IMG/VR virus record: IMGVR_UViG_3300005286_000035
Coordinates: 1-50,256 of that record
From: a virus
Taxonomy: Duplodnaviria; Caudoviricetes
Strand: one strand, 5' to 3'
DNA length: 50,256 nucleotides
The position numbers and the translations under genes are program-made. The notes beneath the pieces were generated by a model, which worked only from the letters and a program-made list of their open reading frames with translations, was not told where the DNA came from and ran no database searches. Below, piece after piece: positions 26,115-35,730 of the stretch. Each line of letters starts with the position of its first letter. The first letter of the stretch is position 1.

Positions 26115-27200
26115 TCAGCGATTCTGCGCCTCACGAGCATCGAGGCTAGGGGAGCTTTGGGCCGGTGTCAAGTCTCCATTGTACCAATTCATAAGTTTTT
26201 GATAAGCGGGGTTCGCTACGTGGTGGTAGAGTGCACCGGGCCCCGTGTAACGCATGATCGGGCCGTTGACGTCGAGTGCGCTGGAGATGAACCCAGGACC
26301 GTCTGCGGGCATCGAAGCCTCCTGCGGGGTCACCTGCGGCGGCGCCACCGGCGGCTCACCATCCACCGCCCCACCCAGCATCCGTGTCATCCATTCCAGA
26401 CGCTGACGCAGTTCCTGGTTCTCCAGCTCCTTGGTCTCCAGCGCCTTCTGGATGGACTCTGTCGTGGCCGTGCTGACGCCAGCCTGGGCGTTGGTCGCTG
26501 CTACACTCGAGGCTGCTTGCGCACGGTTGAGGTCATGCATGTCGTCCGCCCGCCCCTCGGCACCTTGGACCGAATCAATCATAACCTGCTCCCGCGCCAT
26601 CTGCAACGGGTGTGCAGCGTCAGCCCGACCTTCCGCGCCGACACGGGCGTCAATCGTCGACTGCCGGTCAGCCAGCTCCAGCGGCAACAGCTGCCGGTCA
26701 CGGTCCAACTGGAACATCGTCGACAACTGGCGCAGGATTTGGTCCTCTTCACGGACCTTCAACTCCCGGTCAAACTGCTGACCTTGCTGTTCGAGCTGCC
26801 GACCAAACCGACTCTCCACCCCGGCAAGTTCCTCCCTGCGGGCCTCCCGGTCATGGTCCCGCTCCGACGCTCGAGACGCGATCTCAATCTTCTGCTTCTC
26901 GTGATCGGCCGCCTGCGCCCGCGCCTGACCCAGCTGCTGCCGGTCATTCAACGGACCCTTGACCATCTTCCCGAAGAAACCAGGCGCCTTGTCATCACGC
27001 CCCGTCAACTCATTGACCTCCGGTGTGTAGTCCTGCGACATGGCATTATCCACCGCATTACCAACCACACCACCCACGGCGCTCGACACAACCTGTGCCA
27101 GCACCTTGTCCCAGATCGACTCTTCCTTACGCGGGGCTGGGATATACCCACCCAGGTTAATGCTCGGCAAATACCCGAGCTGTGCTTGAGGCAAAGACAT
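26115..27200 (-). CDS. Putative ejection / inner-core protein (361 aa)
   Basis: Likely start MSLPQAQ at 27200; Gly-rich hydrophobic segment followed by a long coiled coil. Confidence 0.7.
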   Translation of the reverse strand: MSLPQAQLGYLPSINLGGYIPAPRKEESIWDKVLAQVVSSAVGGVVGNAVDNAMSQDYTPEVNELTGRDDKAPGFFGKMVKGPLNDRQQLGQARAQAADHEKQKIEIASRASERDHDREARREELAGVESRFGRQLEQQGQQFDRELKVREEDQILRQLSTMFQLDRDRQLLPLELADRQSTIDARVGAEGRADAAHPLQMAREQVMIDSVQGAEGRADDMHDLNRAQAASSVAATNAQAGVSTATTESIQKALETKELENQELRQRLEWMTRMLGGAVDGEPPVAPPQVTPQEASMPADGPGFISSALDVNGPIMRYTGPGALYHHVANPAYQKLMNWYNGDLTPAQSSPSLDAREAQNR

Positions 27201-27202
27201 TG

Positions 27203-27502
27203 TTATACGAAGAATTGCTGTTGCTGAGGAGTCATCATCATTGGCTGATTCTGACCCATCATTGCGAGTTGCTGTTGTTGTGCGAGATTGCCTTGGTTGG
27301 GGTCGAGGACCAGGTCGCCGAAGGCCCAAGCGCCGGGTTCGGCGGATTCGACCTTGCCGTAGTTCTTGAGCTTATCCCAGTCTTCCCGGAGACGCTCGTT
27401 GCGGTAGGAGCCGTCGACGAACTCGGGGTCAAGGAAAGTCTTGACCGCATCGAGGTCGCCTTTGAGCATACCCTTCCATACGCCGGAGTGGTCGAGGGCC
27501 AT
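27203..27502 (-). CDS. Small virion protein with Q/M-rich tail (99 aa)
   Basis: Packed between neighbours with 1-2 nt gaps. Confidence 0.7.
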   Translation of the reverse strand: MALDHSGVWKGMLKGDLDAVKTFLDPEFVDGSYRNERLREDWDKLKNYGKVESAEPGAWAFGDLVLDPNQGNLAQQQQLAMMGQNQPMMMTPQQQQFFV

Positions 27503-27503
27503 G

Positions 27504-27947
27504 TTACATCCCCAGGTATTGCATTTGCAGTGGCGTCAGTTGCATACCTTGCATTTGCATGGGTTGTTGAGGTTGCAACTGCCAGCCGCCTGCCATCGGT
27601 TGGGAGGATTTGGTACTGGGCTGCATTGCCGCACCAGCAGCGGTCGCGCCAGCACCACCAGCGGCAGCTTTGCCAGCTCCGGCACCGAGAGCTTTGATAC
27701 CTGCCATGGTGCCACCTGTAGCACCAGCCGCGCCACCACCAGCAGCGGCGCCAGCGGCACCGGACGCAGCAGTCGCGCCTGTGGCAGCAGCTCCGGCACC
27801 GGCGGCGCCCGCACCGGCACCAGCTCCCGCGCCAGCACCACCCATCGCACCCGCAAGGGGTCCGATACCGGCGGCGCCAACGCCGGTCAGCGCGAGCAAT
27901 GCCGCGCCGAGACCAAGACCAATTTTCTCACCTGTTGAAAGTCCCAT
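27504..27947 (-). CDS. Gly/Ala-rich ejection-type protein (147 aa)
   Basis: TAAGGAGG ribosome-binding site, N-terminal hydrophobic helix, GAGAGA repeats and a Q/M-rich tail. Confidence 0.75.
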   Translation of the reverse strand: MGLSTGEKIGLGLGAALLALTGVGAAGIGPLAGAMGGAGAGAGAGAGAAGAGAAATGATAASGAAGAAAGGGAAGATGGTMAGIKALGAGAGKAAAGGAGATAAGAAMQPSTKSSQPMAGGWQLQPQQPMQMQGMQLTPLQMQYLGM

Positions 27948-27956
27948 ATATCCTCC

Positions 27957-29294
27957 TTAAACTTGAAACAGTAGATTGTATTTGTTCAGCAATGCCAGGA
28001 TTCCCAGATCCGTCGTTTGCACTCTTTTATAGCCGCACCATCCCGCACAACGTCCCACCCAGTCGGACCCATGGTGAAACACGTAGTGGCAGGCCGTGGC
28101 GAATAGTCGCTTGCGAAGTCGAACTCCAGTTGCACGGCGGCACTCCTCATAGAGCACGGCTCGAGCAAATGGGAAGAACAGTGTGGCGAACAGGTGCCAA
28201 CGAAGTACAGCCCTTGCGAGCCAGGGGCCATATACGGAGTACCCGACAAGGGAGCGGCCGTACTTTGTGGGGTTGGAGATTTTGTACCGCGCTCCCCGAC
28301 GGATGGCTGCCGGGTGCATAAGACCGAGGTGGACATAAGCTGTGCAGACATAGCAGCCACCGGAGGAGGACGACTTCCCTTCGGGCACCTGGCCGGTAGC
28401 GACCTGGTTACCCGACGCGGTGGACGTGCCGGATTGTTGTTGGTTGTTGACAAGATCCGTGAGGTTGAAGGACTGACCCGTCTGGGTGCCCTGCATGGTG
28501 GTGGTACCGGTCGTTTGTGTCGTGCCGGTGGTGCTGGAGGTGCCAGACTGCGTCTGGGTGTTGTACGGGATGGCAGCGGTGGACGCCGTCTGGATACCCG
28601 TAGGGCCAGCGAGCTGTTGAGAGGCTTGTAGCCGCTGGTCCATGTTATTCCGGGCCACGTTGGCGACGGCAGACCCAGCGACACGACCTTGTGCAGCGTT
28701 GCCCACGCCTTGCATACCGGGCCCGGACAGCGCCTGGTTGGTCGCGGCAGCCACCTGGTCCTGGAAACCCTTGCCACCGGTGGTGACTAGGTCCGACAGG
28801 AAGCCGCTGCGCTCGGCGTCCGTCGCGGCGATCATGCCGCCCTGGTCCTGCAAGAGCTTGCCGAACCCGAGATCGTCCTGCATCTTGGACGTCCCGGACG
28901 TGCTGGTGGTTTGGTTGGTTGTGGCGGTCTGGTCCGTCGTACCAACCTGGTTCATCTGCTGAGACGTCTGGCCCACCTGGGTCCCAGTCTGCTGCTGGGT
29001 GCCCTGGGATTGGAACTGGCCGGACTGGTTGGAGGTTTGCACCTGATTGGTGTTACCACCCTCCCGTGCACGCTCAGCGCCAGCTTGGGCCGCTGCGTTG
29101 GCCTGAATCTCAGCCGATGACGCGTTGGGGTTCAGCCCCAGGTACGCCATGGCGTCCGGATTCCGGTCGTTCGTCTGGGCCAAGTGGTCAGACAGCCACT
29201 GGTTGAAATTGCGGCCGTCGGGATTCTGAGCCCAAGTGGCGCGGTATTGCTCAATCGTTTGCGGATTGTATGGTGTTGTTGCTGCCGATGCCAT
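27957..29294 (-). CDS. Pilot/ejection-type protein (Q/T/S-rich) with C-terminal CFI-box-like domain
   Basis: Low-complexity QTS body, then SSSGGCYVCTAY and a basic/hydrophobic ~130-aa tail. Confidence 0.7.
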   Translation of the reverse strand: MASAATTPYNPQTIEQYRATWAQNPDGRNFNQWLSDHLAQTNDRNPDAMAYLGLNPNASSAEIQANAAAQAGAERAREGGNTNQVQTSNQSGQFQSQGTQQQTGTQVGQTSQQMNQVGTTDQTATTNQTTSTSGTSKMQDDLGFGKLLQDQGGMIAATDAERSGFLSDLVTTGGKGFQDQVAAATNQALSGPGMQGVGNAAQGRVAGSAVANVARNNMDQRLQASQQLAGPTGIQTASTAAIPYNTQTQSGTSSTTGTTQTTGTTTMQGTQTGQSFNLTDLVNNQQQSGTSTASGNQVATGQVPEGKSSSSGGCYVCTAYVHLGLMHPAAIRRGARYKISNPTKYGRSLVGYSVYGPWLARAVLRWHLFATLFFPFARAVLYEECRRATGVRLRKRLFATACHYVFHHGSDWVGRCAGWCGYKRVQTTDLGILALLNKYNLLFQV

Positions 29295-29295
29295 G

Positions 29296-29751
29296 TTAGA
29301 TCTTCTTCTCGAAGGTTAAATACCCCTTTTGGAACCCGTACTTCTGGGACATAAGGCAGCGAATAGCCGCGCCTGAGTCCCGCTTGGTTGTGATTGCATA
29401 CTTAGCAACGCCGTTTTCTTTGGCCCAGGTCAGGAAAGCCTGTTCCAGCGCGAGCGTTGCCTTAAAAAAACCTGGACTGTGGACGAACCACCGGACGACG
29501 AATTGTCTCTCGTCCTGGAACGGTGGCGTACAGTCCTGTGCGGCAGCAAACGCTACCGGCTCGCCGTCTTCCATGACCAGTCCGACCCATGAGTTCTTCA
29601 TGTCCACAACCATCCAGAAGAGTGTCTTCCGGATGTACTCGAGGTCGATCGGGTCTCCCGAGCGTTGGGCCAGCTCGGACAGACGGGTCGAAACGAACTC
29701 CCACGAGCGTATGATCTCGACGACACGAGTGAGACGTATGACTTTCATCAT
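29296..29751 (-). CDS. GNAT-fold acetyltransferase-like protein
   Basis: WVGLVMEDGEPVAFA, VRWFVHSPG, LEQAFLTWAKENG and KYGF motifs; located between tail and ejection genes. Confidence 0.7.
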   Translation of the reverse strand: MMKVIRLTRVVEIIRSWEFVSTRLSELAQRSGDPIDLEYIRKTLFWMVVDMKNSWVGLVMEDGEPVAFAAAQDCTPPFQDERQFVVRWFVHSPGFFKATLALEQAFLTWAKENGVAKYAITTKRDSGAAIRCLMSQKYGFQKGYLTFEKKI

Positions 29752-31076
29752 AGTGAGAGGGCGACGTAGAACTCGGTAGAGTCAACGGTGACAAGAAGGC
29801 GATTGCTAGGAGAGCTGGTAAAACCAAATGAGATTTCGTTCGCATCGGTCGGGAGGATGACAGTGCGGGCGGTGGCGGAGTTACGGCGGATCTTGGTGGC
29901 GTAGAGGTCACCGGGGACAAAGAAGTCGCCGGAGGTGCGGAGACCACCAGCGCCGTCTGAGGTCATGTGTATGTAATGTGTAGACCCGAAGTGGACGCGA
30001 CCTGTGTCAAGCAGGCGGACTCCGGTGCTACCTGTATAGTTGCCCACTTGGATATAACTAGCGTAGGGGCTGGCATACAATGTAATGGGAAATATCCCAC
30101 TCATGACGATTGAATGAGACGCTCCGTCGCTACCGATCGTGATGGTTCCGGCCCAAATGGTGCCACCGCCGAGGGTGAAACCGTCGGAGTTAATCCGCAC
30201 GCGATTGGCGGTGGTGCCATGTACGTCAATCGTGGACGACGCCGAGATGTTGACGGCCTGCAAGTTACCCGCCGTGACCGTCCCTAAGTTCGCGCTGATC
30301 GCCGACAGCTCCGTAACCGACAGCTTGGTCGCATCGATGGACCCGGCGGCGATACGCGCCGCGCTCAACGTGCCGGTGGTGATGTTACTCGCGTTAAGAT
30401 TCGTCACCGACACCAGCGACGCATTAATCGTCCCCGCGGTGATGGTACCCAGGTTGGCATTGATCGCGGCGAGGTCTGTAACTGAGATCTTCCCAGCCGT
30501 CACCGCCCCCGCGGCTAGATGCGCCGTCCCAATCTCACCGGCTAGGATCTTACTCGCCGTGATCGCGTTCGCCGCGATCTCGTTCGCCGTGATAGTGAGC
30601 GCAGCGATCTTACCCGCTGTAACAGCACCCGCAGCGAGCTTGTCAGTTTCGATAGCACCTGCAGCAATATGACCAGTTTGGATAGCACCTGCAACGACCT
30701 TAGGAGAAGTGATAGCATTGTTGGCGATTTTGGTTTCTGTGATCGCGTTAGCGGCGATCTTCGCCTCCTCGACAGCGGCGTTGGCGATTTTCAGCGTGGT
30801 GATAGCCCCGTCAAGGATGTGTTGTACACGGACAGCGTTGTCCGCGATATGGTTCTGCAGAACTGACCCGTCCGCGAGGACTACATCCCCAGTTGACGGG
30901 AAGTTCGGTGTGCCACCGAAGGAACCGTTGCGGGTGTACGACAACTTAGTATAAACACCCGCCGTAAGGGTGGCAAAGTTAGCACCAATGCGGTTCAGCG
31001 CACGGTTTGTCTCCCCTCGGAGGTCTTCGAGGGTGGTGACCGGGCCGATTTGGACGTTACCAAGTGGGAAACTCAT
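29748..31076 (-). CDS. Tail fibre/needle-like protein with 10-aa (I/V)TxxKIAAxA repeats
   Basis: Tandem repeats such as ITETKIANNA, VTAGKIAALT and ITASKILAGE, followed by a beta-rich C-terminus. Confidence 0.75.
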   Translation of the reverse strand: MSFPLGNVQIGPVTTLEDLRGETNRALNRIGANFATLTAGVYTKLSYTRNGSFGGTPNFPSTGDVVLADGSVLQNHIADNAVRVQHILDGAITTLKIANAAVEEAKIAANAITETKIANNAITSPKVVAGAIQTGHIAAGAIETDKLAAGAVTAGKIAALTITANEIAANAITASKILAGEIGTAHLAAGAVTAGKISVTDLAAINANLGTITAGTINASLVSVTNLNASNITTGTLSAARIAAGSIDATKLSVTELSAISANLGTVTAGNLQAVNISASSTIDVHGTTANRVRINSDGFTLGGGTIWAGTITIGSDGASHSIVMSGIFPITLYASPYASYIQVGNYTGSTGVRLLDTGRVHFGSTHYIHMTSDGAGGLRTSGDFFVPGDLYATKIRRNSATARTVILPTDANEISFGFTSSPSNRLLVTVDSTEFYVALSL

Positions 31077-32989
31077 CGTTCAATGTCCTCCGCGAGGCCG
31101 AAGACGTACTCCTCCCACATGTTTAGGACCGCACCAGCGACGAGGCCGGCGTCTGCTGTGAACTTGAAGCGATAGGCGACATGTCGGTACCAGGCCGGCT
31201 GGAAAGTGAGCCGTCCTTCGGCGGTTTCGGGGGTCCACAACTCGGACAGCTCGGCGAAATTGACGGTACCAACCCCGATATTCTGCAAAGTCGCGACGGA
31301 GACCTGCACCCCGCTGGAGGTGACCCAGCCAGCGTCGAGATGGACGGAGTTAATCTGCTTTTCCTTGAACGCGAAGCCGTGGCTGATGAGTCCGGTCTCG
31401 GCGGTGGGCTCCACGAAGCCGACGGTGGCGTCAACTTGCACCGTGTCCGACAGCGTCGGGGTGGTGGCCTCCTGGTAAATGGTCCCTTGGCCGCCGTACA
31501 GCATCGTGGGGTCGGCTGCGTTGGACGAATACTTCGGGCACCCACAGAAGATGTCATCAGCGCCGGTGTTCAGCGCCGACGGGAAGTTACGGAAGAACCA
31601 CTCACCCGATTCCTCGCGGAAGACCATCTGCCGGGCTTGGTAGACCCCGCTGGCGAGCTTCTTGAAGTAGGTCCAGATGACCTCTTGATGCTGCGGGTCA
31701 TACATTCCCCACGTCCGATTGAACTTGGCATCGGTAGGATCGTTCAGGTCCTGGAAGAATGGGATACGCACCTTCCAGCCGATCGGTTCTGGGTCGGTGC
31801 CGCGGATGCGGTAGACGTTATCCCGCCCGATGAAGTAGATACCATTCGGGGATCGTACTGTGCCGTGGGAGAAAATGGACCCGATGTTCTGGTTCAACGG
31901 GTCGATCTTGAACACCTCCGGGTAGCCGATGTAGTACATCGTATAGATCGCGCTGGGCAGGAAGAGGTACACCTGATTCCGCCAGGGTTCCAGCCCGGTG
32001 ACACCCAGATTGGAGAACATCGGGTCATGCTGCTCGTCGAGCTGGTAGTCATCAGCCTCGTTGATGTCGGTACCCACGAACTGATCCGGGTTGTTGCGGT
32101 GGGACCAGCCCAGGCGGTACGGCGTGTTCTGCTCGTCGTAGGGGTCCCGGAGACCATTCACGGCGTCATACTCCGCCGCACTATAATGCGCGACGATAAG
32201 GTGGTTCGCAAGGGTGGTGCAGTACCGCCCAAACACGCGCTTGTACCCCACAGTCGTGGCGATGTTGTCACGGACGCGGAGAATTGTCCGATTGACCCCG
32301 GCGATGTAGTTGTCCCGGTTGTACGGGGACACCTTGTACGGTCCAATCGGTTGCGCTGGAGCGGACATCAGCCCCGGCAGCGTTGCCTTACGCTCCCAGC
32401 GCCAGAGGTCATCGGTGGTAAAGTTGTCATACGACTCCGCGTCCCCGGCAGCTTGGAAGGAAACCTTCAGTCCGTTGCTACCGATGGCGACCTCCGGGCC
32501 GATCGTCAGGTCGGACGACCACGACCCAGCGTTCCGACGCCATTGGAAAGTCGTCGCGCTGGTGATCTTAACCTCGATGGTATCTCCGTCGGCGGCGAAG
32601 TCGGTCACGTTGATGCCGTACAGCAGGCACTCTCCCGTGACACCCGTCGTTTCAGGCACCGCTACCTGGTGCACCTGCGGAATCTCGACCTGAACAGCCG
32701 TGTTCGTCGGGTCCACGAACCGAAGATTCGTCCCATTGCCGATGAGGTATCGAAGATCCCCACCGATATTCCTCACCAGCGCCATCAACTTCACCGTCGA
32801 CGCGGTCTCGCCGTCGATTGCTGTTAGGTCAAACCCAGCCGCAAGGCCCTTGGGCTGAACAAGACGACCACCAATCGGCCGCAGGTTCAACAAATGCCAC
32901 CAAGCGCCGGACGCGACAGCGTGACGGGCGACGGACTGGTCCACGCCGCCCTGCACCAAATGCGGAAACTCTTGGTAGGTTGAAGCCAT
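31073..32989 (-). CDS. Tail nozzle / DNA stabilisation protein (P22 gp10 / T7 gp12-like position)
   Basis: 638-aa beta-rich protein with LGWSH, IYFIGRDNVY and YDPQHQEVIW propeller-like motifs. Confidence 0.7.
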   Translation of the reverse strand: MASTYQEFPHLVQGGVDQSVARHAVASGAWWHLLNLRPIGGRLVQPKGLAAGFDLTAIDGETASTVKLMALVRNIGGDLRYLIGNGTNLRFVDPTNTAVQVEIPQVHQVAVPETTGVTGECLLYGINVTDFAADGDTIEVKITSATTFQWRRNAGSWSSDLTIGPEVAIGSNGLKVSFQAAGDAESYDNFTTDDLWRWERKATLPGLMSAPAQPIGPYKVSPYNRDNYIAGVNRTILRVRDNIATTVGYKRVFGRYCTTLANHLIVAHYSAAEYDAVNGLRDPYDEQNTPYRLGWSHRNNPDQFVGTDINEADDYQLDEQHDPMFSNLGVTGLEPWRNQVYLFLPSAIYTMYYIGYPEVFKIDPLNQNIGSIFSHGTVRSPNGIYFIGRDNVYRIRGTDPEPIGWKVRIPFFQDLNDPTDAKFNRTWGMYDPQHQEVIWTYFKKLASGVYQARQMVFREESGEWFFRNFPSALNTGADDIFCGCPKYSSNAADPTMLYGGQGTIYQEATTPTLSDTVQVDATVGFVEPTAETGLISHGFAFKEKQINSVHLDAGWVTSSGVQVSVATLQNIGVGTVNFAELSELWTPETAEGRLTFQPAWYRHVAYRFKFTADAGLVAGAVLNMWEEYVFGLAEDIER

Positions 32990-32990
32990 G

Positions 32991-33683
32991 TTAGTCTAGA
33001 TTAGTCCACTCACCTTGGGCACCGAGCTGGCCGTCCATGAAGGTTACAGTATTCCACAACCGGCCCACAGCCGCGTCGGAGATTGCCACGCGCTGGTCTT
33101 CTTTGACATAAAAATTCAACATCTGCACCGACGCCAGCAGCAGCCAGTCGGAGAAGTACTCCAAGAACAGATCATCGGAGGACACCTCATCACCAGTGAG
33201 GTCAGACAACCACTCAATCCCGCGGACCATGTACCACGCAGGCGTCGTGGACGGGTACACATAAAACTTCCTACCCTCCACATACGCGCGCACAGTCGCC
33301 GCGACCGGGTACTCCGCCCCGGATGCCGCATACGCATCCACCTCCCGAGCGAAGTCGTCGACATTATCAAACGGCACCCGAGCGGTCGGTTTGTAAATCC
33401 CACCATCGTTCGTATACACGAAACACCGGTGCAGCAACTTCATCCGGACCTGCGTAGCCCCGCCTGGGCTGGTCACACAAGCCGACATGTAGTCCGCACC
33501 TGCCGCCGACGTTTGGATAAACGCCGTCTTCTTCAACATCTGAAAATTATACGACCTCTGCGCTTGGCGCCGAGCGTCGTTAATCGCAGCGAGCACCATG
33601 TCCAAACCATCCTGCGTCAGCGCAGTCTGGCTCCGGCCCGCAAAACCAACAATACGCTTCTTTAGATCAACGAGGTCCATCAA
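32991..33683 (-). CDS. Head-tail adaptor / tail tubular A-like protein
   Basis: LAAINDARR, FYVYP and SDWLLLAS motifs; directly downstream of the capsid cluster. Confidence 0.65.
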   Translation of the reverse strand: MMDLVDLKKRIVGFAGRSQTALTQDGLDMVLAAINDARRQAQRSYNFQMLKKTAFIQTSAAGADYMSACVTSPGGATQVRMKLLHRCFVYTNDGGIYKPTARVPFDNVDDFAREVDAYAASGAEYPVAATVRAYVEGRKFYVYPSTTPAWYMVRGIEWLSDLTGDEVSSDDLFLEYFSDWLLLASVQMLNFYVKEDQRVAISDAAVGRLWNTVTFMDGQLGAQGEWTNLD

Positions 33684-33684
33684 T

Positions 33685-33727
33685 AAAAAGGCCCGGTCAG
33701 CATCAACGTGTGATACCGACCGGGCCT
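33685..33727 (-). terminator. Rho-independent terminator after the capsid cluster
   Basis: Minus strand AGGCCCGGTCGGTATCA...TGATGCTGACCGGGCCTTTTT. Confidence 0.8.
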
Positions 33728-33749
33728 GGAGAGCTAACTTTTGGTCAGC

Positions 33750-33944
33750 TTATTGCGACTTGTTCTCGCCACCGAAGGGGCCGCTGCCGCCGTGACCGGA
33801 GGTGCGGTACTCCTTGAGGGAGTTCTTGCCGTGGAGGGAGTTCTTGGCTTCACCCTTCAGCTGTTGGGTGTCACGGACATTCTTGCCCGCCGACGTGCTG
33901 ATGGAGAAGTTACGAAGGTTCGTAGAACGACTGAGTTTGCTCAT
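33750..33944 (-). CDS. Small basic protein (64 aa)
   Basis: ATG at 33944 (MSKLSRST...) fills the gap between the 120-aa gene and the terminator. Confidence 0.55.
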   Translation of the reverse strand: MSKLSRSTNLRNFSISTSAGKNVRDTQQLKGEAKNSLHGKNSLKEYRTSGHGGSGPFGGENKSQ

Positions 33945-33951
33945 GTTGGTA

Positions 33952-34314
33952 TTAGGCCGCGGCGGGGATGCCTTCGACCATGACGTAGAGGGTACCTGTG
34001 ATGTTCGCGGGCGTGGCCCGGTTGGCGTCGGTGGCCTGGGTGAGGTCCACCGGGTAGATGTAGTTGCTGTCGGACCCCAGGGCAGAGACACCCACGCCGA
34101 CGTACCGCGGGTTGCCACTGAGGATGGCACCCAAGGACTGGACGTTGGTGATCTGTTTGAGGCCCAGGGCAGAGGCCGGAATGTCTCCAGCCGTGCCACC
34201 CTGCGCCGACAACGTGATTGCTAGGATTTGGCGAAGGCCGTGGGACTTACCAGTTCGGGAGCCGAACTCGTAAGCCTGAATCACGGACACGTTCGCCGAG
34301 CTGATGGCGGCCAT
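33952..34314 (-). CDS. Putative capsid decoration protein (120 aa)
   Basis: Small Ala/Gly/Thr-rich beta protein immediately after the major capsid gene. Confidence 0.6.
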   Translation of the reverse strand: MAAISSANVSVIQAYEFGSRTGKSHGLRQILAITLSAQGGTAGDIPASALGLKQITNVQSLGAILSGNPRYVGVGVSALGSDSNYIYPVDLTQATDANRATPANITGTLYVMVEGIPAAA

Positions 34315-34323
34315 GGTGTGGGA

Positions 34324-35685
34324 TTACTTCCAGTCTTGGACGTTGGTGAGGTACATCGCCGTCTGCGGCATGAGCATCTCCAGACCGGCTTCCGTGAGGT
34401 ACTCGTCCTCGCGGTAGTCAGCATTGTTGGGCTGACGCTCGGTCAGGAGCTCGGTGTCGCGGCCGTTGACGTACCGGTACTTGAGGTTGTGGACCTCGAG
34501 GAACAGCGCGTTATTGCGGAGCGTCGAGTTCATGTTGAACAGCGGGTGGCTCTTGTAGTAGATCTTCCCGAACGGCGTGGTGTGGGAGACCACGTTCATG
34601 CCGTACGTGTCCGTCATCGGCAGGTCTGCATTGAGAACAGCCTTGGACTGGTAGAGCTGGTTGATGACGTTCAGGAACCCCGAACCGCAGAGGACGAACT
34701 TTTCGTTCGACTTGTTGTTGGTGTAGCGGAAGTGACGCTCGAGGTACGTGTTGTACAGCTTGTCGGTGATGTAACCGTCCGTTAGGCTGATGATACGCTT
34801 GTCGTCGTCGGTGTTGGCGGTGATGGCCGCCGCGCCGGAGCCACCGCGGTAGATAGAGTCAGCCGCTTCCCACTGACGCAGGAACCAGATGATGCCGCCG
34901 GTGTAGCGGATGGGCGTCGTACCCGAGGTGACCTGATTGCGGACACCGAAGAGGTACGCGAACTCCATCTCGCGCATGTGGTTGATCGAGGCGTCCTTCG
35001 CCTGGTCGCCGTAGGCACCCGTCTCGTCGTACTTGATCGAGGTCTTCAGCTGGGTGCCGGTGATTTGCCAGGCCGTGCGGAAGATCTGCGTGTAGTTGTA
35101 CGGGTTGATCGGGGTGTTGTACGGGTTGTACGAGGAACCCACGGCGCCTTCGTGGAAGGCGTTGCCGATGACGAGGACTTCCTGGCCGATGCCAGCGGCG
35201 GAGTTGTAGGTCGACGCGGCAGTCTGGGACTCGACAGCGCGGACGGCGAGACGGGTGTTGTCCGTGTCGACGTATTCCACGCGGCCGAAGGCTTCCGTGG
35301 CGGTGCCGGACACGATCGTGGCAAACTTGATCATGTGACCGACGCGGAAGACCGACGTCGACGCCACCTTGAGACCGTAGAGCGTGCCCGAGGTCCAGGT
35401 GAAGTTGCCGGAAGCAGCCGTCCAGGTCGTCGTGTAGTCCGCCGAGACGGTGGTGTACACCGCGACGTTGGAACCGATCGACGCTGTCGTCGTGCGTTGT
35501 TCGAGGAGGTACTTCTCGTACCAGCGGTACTCCGGGTCGTTGGTCACTTCTTCTTTCAGAAGGGACATCAGACCGATCAGCGGAGCAGCGCCGTTCGGGT
35601 AGAAGTAGAAAACCGAGCGCCGGATGTTCTTGAAGCGCTCGTTAGCGAAGGACTCCGTGGTGAGGAGGCCGAGGATCGTAGCCAT
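34324..35685 (-). CDS. Major capsid protein (HK97 fold, SU10-like motif)
   Basis: NYTQIFRTAWQITGT, MEFAYLFG, TGGI and YLTEAGLE motifs; strongest codon bias; follows the scaffold gene. Confidence 0.9.
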   Translation of the reverse strand: MATILGLLTTESFANERFKNIRRSVFYFYPNGAAPLIGLMSLLKEEVTNDPEYRWYEKYLLEQRTTTASIGSNVAVYTTVSADYTTTWTAASGNFTWTSGTLYGLKVASTSVFRVGHMIKFATIVSGTATEAFGRVEYVDTDNTRLAVRAVESQTAASTYNSAAGIGQEVLVIGNAFHEGAVGSSYNPYNTPINPYNYTQIFRTAWQITGTQLKTSIKYDETGAYGDQAKDASINHMREMEFAYLFGVRNQVTSGTTPIRYTGGIIWFLRQWEAADSIYRGGSGAAAITANTDDDKRIISLTDGYITDKLYNTYLERHFRYTNNKSNEKFVLCGSGFLNVINQLYQSKAVLNADLPMTDTYGMNVVSHTTPFGKIYYKSHPLFNMNSTLRNNALFLEVHNLKYRYVNGRDTELLTERQPNNADYREDEYLTEAGLEMLMPQTAMYLTNVQDWK

Positions 35686-35730
35686 GGTAGTAGGTGTTGG
35701 GTGTTAGTCAGCTTTGAGGATCGGATTGGA

